NCBI GenBank assembly: GCA_051313645.2
Contig: JBNRSN020000167.1
Span: forward strand, 186,001-250,000
DNA: 64,000 bases
Direction of reading: 5' to 3'
Origin: Centroscyllium fabricii
Taxonomy: Eukaryota
Positions 50,570 to 62,599 of this stretch are shown piece by piece. The notes below the pieces were generated by a model, which searched no databases, had not been told where the DNA came from, and saw nothing but the letters and a program-made list of their open reading frames with translations. Positions within the stretch are counted from its first letter, which is position 1. Each line of letters starts with the position of its first letter. Both the position numbers and the translations under genes were made by a program.

Positions 50570-53500
50570 CAGTCTCCCAGTAACAGCGTCTCCCAGTAAC
50601 GCAGTGTCCCAGCAATGCAGTTGCCAAGTAACGCTGTCTCCCTGTAATGCAGTCTGCCAGCAACGCAGTCTCCCAGCAATGCAGTCTCCCAGCAATGCAG
50701 TCTCCCAGCAACGCAGTCTCCCAGCAATGCAGTCTCCCAGTAATGCAGTCCCCCAGCAATGCAGTCTCCCAGTAATGCAGTCTCCCAGTAAAGCAGTCTC
50801 CCAGTAACGCTGTCTCCCAGTAAGGCAGTCTCCTAGTAATGCAGTTCCCCAGTAACGCAGTCTCTCAGTAACATCGTCTCCCAGTAACGCAGTCTCCCAG
50901 CAATGCAGACTCCCAGTAATGCAGTCTCCCAGTAATGCAGTCTCATATTAACACAGTCTCCAAGTAACGCAGTCTTCCAGTAACGCAGTCTACCAGTAAT
51001 GCAGTCTGCCAGAAACGCAGTCTCCCAGCAATGTCGTCTCCCAGCAACGCAGTCTCCCAGCAATGGAATCTCCCAGCAAAGCTTTCTCCCAGTAATGCAG
51101 ACTCCCAGTAACACAGTCTCCCAGTAATGCAGTCTCCCAGTAATGCAGTCTCCCAGTAATGCAGTCTCCCAGTAATGCAGTCTCCCAGTAATGCAGTCTC
51201 CCAGTAAAGCAGTCTCCCAGTAATGCAGTCTCCCAGTAATGCAGTCTCCCAGTAATGCAGTCTCCCAGTAATGCAGTCTCCCAGTAATGCAGTCTCCCAG
51301 TAATGCAGTCTCCCATTAACGCAGTCTCCCAGTAACGCAGTCTCCCAGTAACGCAGTCTCCCAGTAACGCTGTCTTCCAGTAACGCAGTCTTCCAGTAAC
51401 GCAGTCTTCCAGTAACGCAGTCTCTCAGTAAAGCAGTCTCCCAGTAACGCAGTCTCCCAGTAACGCAGTCTCCCAGTAACGCAGACTCCCAGTAACGCGG
51501 TCTCCCAGTAACGCGGTCTCCCAGTAACGCGGTCTCCCAGCAACGCGGTCTCCCAGCAACGCGGTCTCCCACTAACGCGGTCTCCCAGTAACGCGGTCTC
51601 CCAGTAACGCGGTCTCCCAGTAACGCAGTTACCCAGTAATGCCGTCTCCGAGTAACAACATCTCCCAGTAACGCAGTCTCCTAATAATGCAGTCTCACAG
51701 CAATGCAATCTCCCAGCAATGCAGTCTCCCAGCAATTCCGTTCCCCAGTAATGCCGTCTCCCGGTAATGCAGTGTCCCAGAAACACAGTCTACCAGTAAT
51801 GCAGTCTGCCAGTTATGCAGTCCCCCAGCAACGCAGTATCCCAGTAACGCGGTCTCCCAGTAAAGCATTCTCCCAGCAACGCAGTCTCCCAGCAACGCAG
51901 ACTCACAGCAATACAGTCTCCCAGTAACACGGTCTACCAGTAGCACTGTGCCCGAGCAATGCAGTCTCCCAGCAACGTAGTCTCCCAGTAACGCAGTCTC
52001 CCAGCAATGCAGTCTCCCGGAAACATGGTCTCCCAGTAACACGGTCTCCCAGCAACGCAGTCTCCCAGTAACGCAGTCTCCCAGCAACGCAGTCTCCCAG
52101 TAAAGCAGTCTCCCAATAATTCAGTCTCCCAGCAAAGCAGTCTCCCAGTAATGCATTCTCGCAGCAATGCAGTCTCCCAGCAACACAGACTCCCAGGAAC
52201 ACAGTCTCCCAGTAACACGGTCTACCAGTAACACTGTCTCCCAGCCACGCAGTCTCCCAGCAACATACTCTCCCAGCAACGCAGTCTCCCAGCAATGCAG
52301 TCTCCCAGTAACACAGTCTCCCAGTAACACGGTCTCCCAGCAACGCAGTCTCCCAGCAACGCACTCTCCCAGCAACGCAGTCTCCCAGAAACGCAGTCTT
52401 CTAGCAAAGCAGTCTCCCACCAATGCAGTCTCCCAGCAATGCAGTCTCCCAGCAACGCAGTCTCCCAGCAACGCAGTCCCCAGCAACGCAGTCTCCTAGC
52501 AACGCCGTCTCCAAGTAACACAATCTCCCAATAACGCAGTCTCCCAGTTATGCAGTCTCCAATAATGCTGTCTCCCAGTAACGAAGTCTCCCAGTAATGC
52601 AGTCTCCCAGTAACGCAGTCTCCCAGTAACGCAGTCTCCCAGTAACACAGTCTCCCAGCAATGCAGTCTCTCAGTAACGCAGTCTCCCAGCAACACAGTC
52701 TCCCAGTTACGCAGTCTCCCAGCAACATCTTCTACTAGTAACGTAGTCTCCCAGTAACATCATCTCCCAGTAACGCAGTCTCCCAGTAACAGCGTCTCCC
52801 AGTAACGCAGCGTCCCAGCAATGCAGTTGCCAAGTAACGCTGTCTTTCTGTAATGCAGTCTGCCAGTAACGCAGTCTCCCAGCAATGCAGTCTCCCAGCA
52901 ATGCAGTCTCCCAGCAATGCAGTCTCCCAGCAATGCAGTCTCCCAGTATTGCAGTCCCCCAGCAATGCAGTCTCCCAGTAATGCAGTCTCCCAGTAAAGC
53001 AGTCTCCCAGTAACGCTGTCTCCCAGTAAGGCAGTCTCCTAGTAATGCAGTTCCCCAGTAACACAGTCTCTCAGTAACATCGTCTCCCAGTAACGCAGTC
53101 TCCCATCAATGTAGACTTCCAGTAATGCAGTCTCCCTGTAACGCAGTCTCATAGTAACACAGTCTCCCAGTAACGCAGTCTCCCAGTAACGCAGTCTCCC
53201 AGTAACGCAGTCTCCCAGTAACGCAGTCTCCCAGTAATGCAGTCTGCCAGTAACGCAGTCTCCCAGCAATGCCGGCACCCAGCAACGCAGTCTCCCAGCA
53301 ATGCAATCTCCCAGCAAAGCTTTCTCCCAGTAATGCAGTCGACCAGCAATGCAGTCTCCCAGTAACACAGTCTCCCAGTAATGCAGTGTCCCAGTAACGC
53401 AGTCTACCAGCAATGCAGTCTCCCAGCAATGCAGTCTCCCAGCAATTCAGACTCCCAGCAACACAGTCTCCCAGTAACGCAGTCTCCCAGCAACATCTTC

Positions 53501-56500
53501 TACCAGTAATGCAGTCTCCCAGTAATGCAGTCTCTCAGCAACGCAGTCTCCCTGTCTCCCAGTAATGCAGTCTCCCAGTAATGCAGTCTCCCAGTAATGC
53601 AGTCTCCCAGTAATGCAGTCTCCCAGTAATGCAGTCTCCCAGTAATGCAGTCCCCCAGTAATGCAGTCTCCCAGTAATGCAGTCTCCCAGTAACGCAGTC
53701 TCCCAGTAACGCAGTCTTCCAGTAACGCAGTCTTCCAGTAACGCAGTCTTCCAGTAACGCAGTCTCTCAGTAATGCAGTCTCCCAGTAACGCAGTCTCCC
53801 AGTAACGCAGTCTCCCAGTAATGCAGTCTCTCAGTAACACAGTCTCCCAGCAACACATTCTCCCAGCAACGCAGTCTCCCAGTAACATCATCTCCCAGTA
53901 ATACAGTCTCCCAGTAATGCGGTCTCCCAGTAATGCGGTCTCCCAGTAAAGCGGTCTCCCAATAACGCGGTCTCCCAGTAACGCGGTCTCCCAGTAACGC
54001 AGATACCCAGTAATGCCGTCTCCGAGTAACACCATCTCCCAGTAACGCAGTCTCCTAATAATGCAGTCTCACAGCAATGCAATCTCCCAGCAATGCAGTC
54101 TCCCAGCAATGCCATTCCCCAGTAATGCCGTCTCCCAGTAATGCAGTGTCCCAGAAACACAGTCTACCAGTAATGCAGTCTGCCAGTTATGCAGTACCCC
54201 AGCAACGCAGTATCCCAGTAACGCAGTCTCCCAGTAACACAGTCTCCCAGTAACGCATTCTCCCAGCAACGCAGTCTCCCTGCAACGCAGACTCACAGCA
54301 ATACAGTCTCCCAGTAACACGGTCTACCAGTAACACTGTGCCCCAGCAATGCAGTCACCCAGCAACATAGTCTCCCAGTAACGCAGTATCCCAGCAATGC
54401 AGTCTCCCGGAAACATGGTCTCCCAGCAACGCGGTCTCCCAGCAATGCAGTCGCCCAGCAATGCAGTCTCCCAGCAACGCAGTCTCCCAGCAACGCAGTC
54501 TCCCAGTAATGCAGTCTCCCAGTAATGCAGTCCCAGTAATGCAGTCTCCCAGCAACGCAGTCTCCCAGCAACGCAGTCTCCTAGCAACGCAGTCTCCCAG
54601 CAGCGCAATCTCCCAGCAATGCAGTCTCCAAGCAACATAGTCGCCCAGCAATGCAGTATCGCAGTAACGCAGTCTCCCAGTAACGCATTCTCCCAGCAAC
54701 GCAGTCTCCCAGCAACGCAGACTCCCAGTAACAGTCTCCCAGTAACCTGGTCTACCAGTAACACTGTCTCCCAGCTACCCAGTCTCCCAGCAACGTAGTC
54801 TCCCAGCAACGCAGTCTCCCAGCAACGCAGTCTCCCAGCAACGCAGTCTCCCAGCAACGCAGTCTCCCAGCAACACAGTCACCCAGCAACTTAGTCACCC
54901 AGTAATGCAGTCTCCCAGTAACACCATCTCCCAGTAACGAAATCTCCCAGTAACATTGTCTACCAGGAAGACAGTCTCCTAGTTACGCAGTCTCCCAGTA
55001 ACGCAGTCTCCCAGTAACCTCATCTCCCAGTAATGCATTCTCCCAATAATATCGTCTCCCAGTAAGACACTCTCCTAATAATGCAGTCTCCTAGTAACGC
55101 AGTCTCCCAGCAATGCAGTCTCCCAGTAAAGCATTCTCGCAGCAACGCAGTCTCCCAGCAACACAGACTCCCAGTAACACAGTCTCCCAGTAACACGGTC
55201 TACCAGTAACACTCTCTCCCAGCCACGCAGTCTCACAGCAACATACTCTCCCAGTAATGCAGTCTCCCAGCAAAGCAGTCTCCCAGTAACACAGTCTCCC
55301 AGTAACACGGTCTCCCAGCAACACAGTCTCCCAGCAACGCAGTCTCCCACCAATGCAGTCTCCCACCAATGCAGTCTCCCAGCAATGCAGTCTCCCAGCA
55401 ACGCAGTCTCCCAGCAACGCAGTCCCCAGCTACGCAGTCTCCTAGCAACTCAGTCTCCCAGCAGCGCAGTCTCCCAGCAATGCAGTCTCCCAGCAACATA
55501 GTCGCCCAGCAATGCAGTAACGCAGTCTCCCAGTAATGCAGTCTCCCAGTAACAGCGTCTCCCAGTAATGCAGTGTCCCAGCAATGCAGTTGCCAAGTAA
55601 CGCTGTCTCCCTGTAATGCAGTCTGCCAGCAACGCAGTCTCCCAGCAATGCAGTCTCCCAGCAATGCAGTCTCCCAGCAACGCAGTCTCCCAGCAATGCA
55701 GTCTCCCAGTAATGCAGTCCCCCAGCAATGCAGTCTCCCAGTAATGCAGTCTCCCAGTAAAGCAGTCTCCCAGTAACGCTGTCTCCCAGTAAGGCAGTCT
55801 CCTAGTAATGCAGTTCCCCAGTAACGCAGTCTCTCAGTAACATCGTCTCCCAGTAACGCAGTCTCCCAGCAATGCAGACTCCCAGTAATGCAGTCTCCCA
55901 GTAACGCAGTCTCATATTAACACAGTCTCCAAGTAACACAGTCTTCCAGTAACGCAGTCTACCAGTAATGCAGTCTGCCAGTAACGCAGTCTCCCAGCAA
56001 TGCCGTCTCCCAGCAATGCAGTCTCCCAGCAATGGAATCACCCAGCAAAGCTTTCTCCCAGTAATGCAGACTCCCAGTAACACAGTCTCCCAGTAATGCA
56101 GTCTCCCAGTAATGCAGTCTCCCAGTAATGCAGTCTCCCAGTAATGCAGTCTCCCAGTAATGCAGTCTCCCAGTAATGCAGTCTCCCAGTAATGCAGTCT
56201 CCCAGTAATGCAGTCTCCCAGTAATGCAGTCTCCCAGTAATGCAGTCTCCCAGTAATGCAGTCTCCCATTAATGCAGTCTCCCATTAACGCAGTCTCCCA
56301 GTAACGCAGTCTCCCAGTAACGCAGTCTCCCAGTAACGCAGTCTCCCAGTAACGCTGTCTTCCAGTAACGCAGTCTTCCAGTAACGCAGTCTTCCAGTAA
56401 CGCAGTCTCTCAGTAAAGCAGTCTCCCAGTAACGCAGTCTCCCAGTAACGCAGACTCCCAGTAACGCAGTCTCCCAGTAACGCGGTCTCCCAGTAATGCG

Positions 56501-59500
56501 GTCTCCCAGCAACGCGGTCTCCCAGCAAAGCGGTCTCCCACTAACGCGGTCTCCCAGTAACGCGGTCTCCCAGTAACGCAGTTACCCAGTAATGCCGTCT
56601 CCGAGTAACAACATCTCCCAGTAATGCAGTCTCCTAATAATGCAGTCTCACAGCAATGCAATCTCCCAGCAATGCAGTCTCCCAGCAATTCCGTTCCCCA
56701 GTAATGCCGTCTCCCGGTAATGCAGTGTCCCAGAAACACAGTCTACCAGTAATGCAGTCTGCCAGTTATGCAGTCCCCCAGCAACGCAGTATCCCAGTAA
56801 CGCGGTCTCCCAGTAAAGCATTCTCCCAGCAACGCAGTCTCCCAGCAACGCAGACTCACAGCAATACAGTCTCCCAGTAACACGGTCTACCAGTAGCACT
56901 GTGCCCGAGCAATGCAGTCTCCCAGCAACGTAGTCTCCCAGTAACGCAGTCTCCCAGCAATGCAGTCTCCCGGAAACATGGTCTCCCAGTAACACGGTCT
57001 CCCAGCAACGCAGTCTCCCAGTAACGCAGTCTCCCAGCAACGCAGTCTCCCAGTAAAGCAGTCTCCCAATAATTCAGTCTCCCAGCAAAGCAGTCTCCCA
57101 GTAATGCATTCTCGCAGCAATGCAGTCTCCCAGCAACACAGACTCGCAGGAACACAGTCTCCCAGTAACACGGTCTACCAGTAACACTGTCTCCCAGCCA
57201 CGCAGTCTCCCAGCAACATACTCTCCCAGCAACGCAGTCTCCCAGCAATGCAGTCTCCCAGTAACACAGTCTCCCAGTAACACGGTCTCCCAGCAACGCA
57301 GTCTCCCAGCAACGCAGTCTCCCAGCAACGCAGTCTCCCAGCAACGCAGTCTCCCAGAAACGCAGTCTTCTAGCAAAGCAGTCTCCCACCAATGCAGTCT
57401 CCCAGCAATGCAGTCTCCCAGCAACGCAGTCTCCCAGCAACGCAGTCCCCAGCAACGCAGTCTCCTAGCAACGCCGTCTCCAAGTAACACAATCTCCCAA
57501 TAACGCAGTCTCCCAGTTATGCAGTCTCCCAGTAATGCTGTCTCCCAGTAACGAAGTCTCCCAGTAATGCAGTCTCCCAGTAACGCAGTCTCCCAGTAAC
57601 GCAGTCTCCCAGTAACGCAGTCTCCCAGCAATGCAGTCTCTCAGTAACGCAGTCTCCCAGCAACACAGTCTCCCAGTTACGCAGTTTCCCAGTAACGCAG
57701 TCTCCCAGCAACATCTTCTACTAGTAACGTAGTCTCCCAGTAACATCATCTCCCAGTAACGCAGTCTCCCAGTAACAGCATCTCCCAGTAATGCAGCGTC
57801 CCAGCAATGCAGTTGCCAAGTAACGCTGTCTTTCTGTAATGCAGTCTGCCAGTAACGCAGTCTCCCAGCAATGCAGTCTCCCAGCAATGCAGTCTCCCAG
57901 CAACGCAGTCTCCCAGCAATGCAGTCTCCCAGTATTGCAGTCCCCCAGCAATGCAGTCTCCCAGTAATGCAGTCTCCCAGTAAAGCAGTCTCCCAGTAAC
58001 GCTGTCTCCCAGTAAGGCAGTCTCCTAGTAATGCAGTTCCCCAGTAACACAGTCTCTCAGTAACATCGTCTCCCAGTAACGCAGTCTCCCATCAATGCAG
58101 ACTTCCAGTAATGCAGTCTCCCAGTAATGCAGTCTCATAGTAACACAGTCTCCCAGTAACGCAGTCTCCCAGTAACGCAGTCTCCCAGTAACGCAGTCTC
58201 CCAGTAATGCAGTCTCCCAGTAACGCAGTCTCCCAGTAACGCAGTCTCCCAGTAATGCAGTCTGCCAGTAACGCAGTCTCCCAGCAATGCCGGCACCCAG
58301 CAACGCAGTCTCCCAGCAATGCAATCTCCCAGCAAAGCTTTCTCCCAGTAATGCAGTCGACCAGCAATGCAGTCTCCCAGTAACACAGTCTCCCAGTAAT
58401 GCAGTGTCCCAGTAACGCAGTCTACCAGCAATGCAGTCTCCCAGCAATGCAGTCTCCCAGCAATTCAGACTCCCAGCAACACAGTCTCCCAGTAACGCAG
58501 TCTCCCAGCAACATCTTCTACCAGTAATGCAGTCTCCCAGTAATGCAGTCTCTCAGCAACGCAGTCTCCCTGTCTCCCAGTAATGCAGTCTCCCAGTAAT
58601 GCAGTCTCCCAGTAATGCAGTCTCCCAGTAATGCAGTCTCCCATTAATGCAGTCTCCCAGTAATGCAGTCTCCCAGTAATGCAGTCTCCCAGTAATGCAG
58701 TCTCCCAGTAATGCAGTCTCCCAGTAACGCAGTCTCCCAGTAACGCAGTCTTCCAGTAACGCAGTCTTCCAGTAACGCAGTCTTCCAGTAACGCAGTCTC
58801 TCAGTAATGCAATCTCCCAGTAACGCAGTCTCCCAGTAACACAGTCTCCCAGTAATGCAGTCTCTCAGTAACACAGTCTCCCAGCAACACATTCTCCCAG
58901 CAATGCAGTCTCCCAGTAACATCATCTCCCAGTAATACAGTCTCCCAGTAATGCAGTCTCCCAGTAATGCGGTCTCCCAGTAACGCGGTCTCCCAATAAC
59001 GCGGTCTCCCAGTAACGCGGTCTCCCAGTAACGCAGATACCCAGTAATGCCGTCTCCCAGTAACATCATCTCCCAGTAATACAGTCTCACAGCAATGCAA
59101 TCTCCCAGCAATGCAGTCTCCCAGCAATGCCATTCCCCAGTAATGCCGTCTCCCAGTAATGCAGTGTCCCAGAAACACAGTCTACCAGTAATGCAGTCTG
59201 CCAGTTATGCAGTACCCCAGCAACGCAGTATCCCAGTAACGCAGTCTCCCAGTAACATAGTCTCCCAGTAACGCAGTATCCCAGCAATGCAGTCTCCCGG
59301 AAACATGGTCTCCCAGCAACGCGGTCTCCCAGCAATGCAGTCGCCCAGCAATGCAGTCTCCCAGCAACGCAGTCTCCCAGCAACGCAGTCTCCCAGTAAT
59401 GCAGTCTCCCAGTAATGCAGTCCCAGTAATGCAGTCTCCCAGCAATGCAGTCTCCCAGCAACGCAGTCTCCTAGCAACGCAGTCTCCCAGCAGCGCAATC

Positions 59501-60430
59501 TCCCAGCAATGCAGTCTCCAAGCAACATAGTCGCCCAGCAATGCAGTATCGCAGTAACGCAGTCTCCCAGTAACGCATTCTCCCAGCAACGCAGTCTCCC
59601 AGCAACGCAGACTCCCAGTAACAGTCTCCCAGTAACCTGGTCTACCAGTAACACTGTCTCCCAGCTACCCAGTCTCCCAGCAACGTAGTCTCCCAGCAAC
59701 GCAGTCTCCCAGCAACGCAGTCTCCCAGCAACGCAGTCTCCCAGCAACGCAGTCTCCCAGCAACACAGTCACCCAGCAACTCAGTCACCCAGTAATGCAG
59801 TCTCGCAGTAACACCATCTCCCTGTAACGAAATCTCCCAGTAACATTGTCTACCAGGAAGACAGTCTCCTAGTTACGCAGTCTCCCAGTAATGCAGTCTC
59901 CCAGTAACCTCGTCTCCCAGTAATGCATTCTCCCAATAATATCGTCTCCCAGTAAGACACTCTCCTAATAATGCAGTCTCCTAGTAACGCAGTCTCCCAG
60001 CAATGCAGTCTCCCAGTAATGCATTCTCGCAGCAACGCAGTCTCCCAGCAACACAGACTCCCAGTAACACAGTCTCCCAGTAACACGGTCTACCAGTAAC
60101 ACTCTCTCCCAGCCACGCAGTCTCACAGCAACATACTCTCCCAGTAATGCAGTCTCCCAGCAAAGCAGTCTCCCAGTAACACAGTCTCCCAGTAACACGG
60201 TCTCCCAGCAACACAGTCTCCCAGCAACGCAGTCTCCCACCAATGCAGTCTCCCACCAATGCAGTCTCCCAGCAATGCAGTCTCCCAGCAACGCAGTCTC
60301 CCAGCAACGCAGTCCCCAGCTACGCAGTCTCCTAGCAACACAGTCTCCCAGCAGCGCAGTCTCCCAGCAATGCAGTCTCCCAGCAACATAGTCGCCCAGC
60401 AATGCAGTAACGCAGTCTCCCAGTAATGCA
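50570..60430. repeat. Higher-order tandem duplication, ~4.9-5.0 kb unit (~50.6-55.5 kb and ~55.5-60.4 kb)
   Basis: The private variant GCCGGCACCCAG occurs at 53271 and 58289 (offset 5018). ORF-track pairs are offset by 4969 (50833/55802), 4953 (51695/56648), 4986 (52735/57721) and 4890 (55075/59965). Confidence 0.9.
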
Positions 60431-62599
60431 TTCTCCCAGCAACGCAGTCTCTCAGCAACGCAGACTCCCGGTAATGCAGTCTTCCAGTAGCGCAGTCTCC
60501 CAGTAATGCAGTCTCTCAGTAACGCAGTCTCCCAGCAATGCAGTCTCCCAGCAATGCAGTCTTCTAGCAACGCAGTCTCCCACCAATGCAGTCTCCCAGC
60601 AATGCAGTCTCCCAGCAACGCAGTCTCCCAGCAACGCAGTCCCCAGCAACGCAGTCTCCTAGCAACGCAGTCTCCCAGCAGCACAGTCTCCCAGCAATGT
60701 AGTCTCCCAGCAACATAGTCGCCCAGCAAAGCAGTAACGCATTCTCCCAGTAATGCATTCTCCCTGCAACGCAGTCTCTCAGCAATGCAGACACCCGGTA
60801 ATGCAGACTCCCAGTAGCGCAGTCTCCCAGTAATGCAGTCTCTCAGTAATGCAGTCTCCCAGCAACGCAGTCTCCCAGCAATGCAGTCTCCCAGTAACAT
60901 CATCTCCCAGTAATGCAGTCTCCCAGTAATGCGGTCTCCCAGTAACGCAGTTACCCAGTAATGCCGTCTCCCAGTAACACCATCTCCCAGTAACGCAGTG
61001 TCCTAATAATGCAGTCTCACAGCAATGCAATCTCCCAGCAATGCAGTCTCCCAGCAATGCCGTTCCCCAGTAATGCCGTCTCCCAGTAAGGCAGTGCTCC
61101 AGAAACACAGTCTACCAGTAATGCAGTCTGCCGGTTATGCAGTCCCCCAGCAATGCAGACTCCCAGCAATACAGTCTCCCAGTAACACGGTCTACCAGTA
61201 ACACTGTGTCCCAGCAATGCAGTCTCCCAGCAACGCAGTCTCCCAGCAAAGCAGTCTCCCAGCAGCGCAATCTCCCAGCAATGCAGTCTCCAAGCAACAT
61301 AGTCGCCCAGCAATGCAGTATCGCAGTAACGCAGTCTCCCAGTAACGCATTCTCCCAGCAACGCAGTCTCCCAGCAACGCAGACTCCCAGTAACACAGTC
61401 TCCCAGTAACATGGTCTACCAGTAACACTGTCTCCCAGCTACCCAGTCTCCCAGCAACGTAGTCTCCCAGTAACGCAGTCTCCGAGCAACGCAGTCTCCC
61501 AGCAACGCAGTCTCCCAGCAACGCAGTCTCCCAGCAACACAGTCACCCAGTAATGCATTCTCCCAATAATATCGTCTCCCAGTAAGACAGTCTCCCAGTA
61601 ATGCAGTCTTCCAGTACTGCAAACTCCCAGTAACGCAATCTCCCAGTAACATTGTCTACCAGGAAGACAGTCTCCTAGTAACGCAGTCTCCCAGTAACGC
61701 AGTCTCCCAGTAACCTCGTCTCCCAGTAATGCATTCTCCCAATAATATCGTCTCCCAGTAAGACAGTCTCCTAATAATGCAGTCTCCTAGTAACACAGTC
61801 TCCCAGCAATGCAGTCTCCCAGTAATGCATTCTCGCAGCAACGCAGTCTCCCAGCAACACAGACTCCCAGTAACGCAGTCTCCCAGTAACACGGTCTACC
61901 AGTAACACTGTCTCCCAGCAACGCAGTCTCCCAGCAACATACTCTCCCAGTAACGCAGTCTCCCAGTAACACGGTCTCCCAGCAATGCAGTCTCCCAGCA
62001 ACGCAGTCCTCTAGCAACGCAGTCTCCCAGCAATGCAGTCTCCCAGCAACGCAGTCTCCCAGCAACGCAGTCTCCCAGCAACGCAGTCCGCAGCAACGCA
62101 GTCTCCTAGCAACGCAGTCTCCCAGCAGCGCAGTCTCCCAGCAATGCAGTCTCCCAGCAACATAGTCGCCCAGCAACGCAGTAATGCAGTCTCCCAGTAA
62201 TGCATTCTCCCAGCAACGCAGTCTCTCAGCAACGCTGACTCCCAGTAACACAGTGTCCCAGTAACATGGTCTACCAGTAACACTGTCTCCCAGCAACGCA
62301 GTCTCCCACCAATGTAGTCTCCCAGTTACGCAGTCTCCCAGTAACGCAGTCTCCCAGGAACGCAATCTCCCAGTAACACAGTCTCCCAGTAATATGGTCT
62401 CCCAGCAACGCAGTCTCCCAGCAATGCAGTCTCCCAGCAACGCAGTCTCCCAGCAACGCAGTCTCCCAGCAATGCAGTCTCCCAGCAATGCCGTCTCCCA
62501 GCAATGCAGTCCCCAGCAACGCAGTCTCCCAGCAGCGCAGTCTCCCAGCAATGCAGTCTCCCAGCAACATAGTCGCCCACCAACGCAGTATCACAGTAA

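Noticed and set aside
202-62594. Long minus-strand ORFs (up to 706 aa) as repeat-protein genes
   Set aside because: All three frames give the same peptide and most starts are alternative codons. Stops and 14/15/17-bp monomers fall without regard to frame, and there is no unique N- or C-terminal domain. This is an artefact of the 16-bp period.
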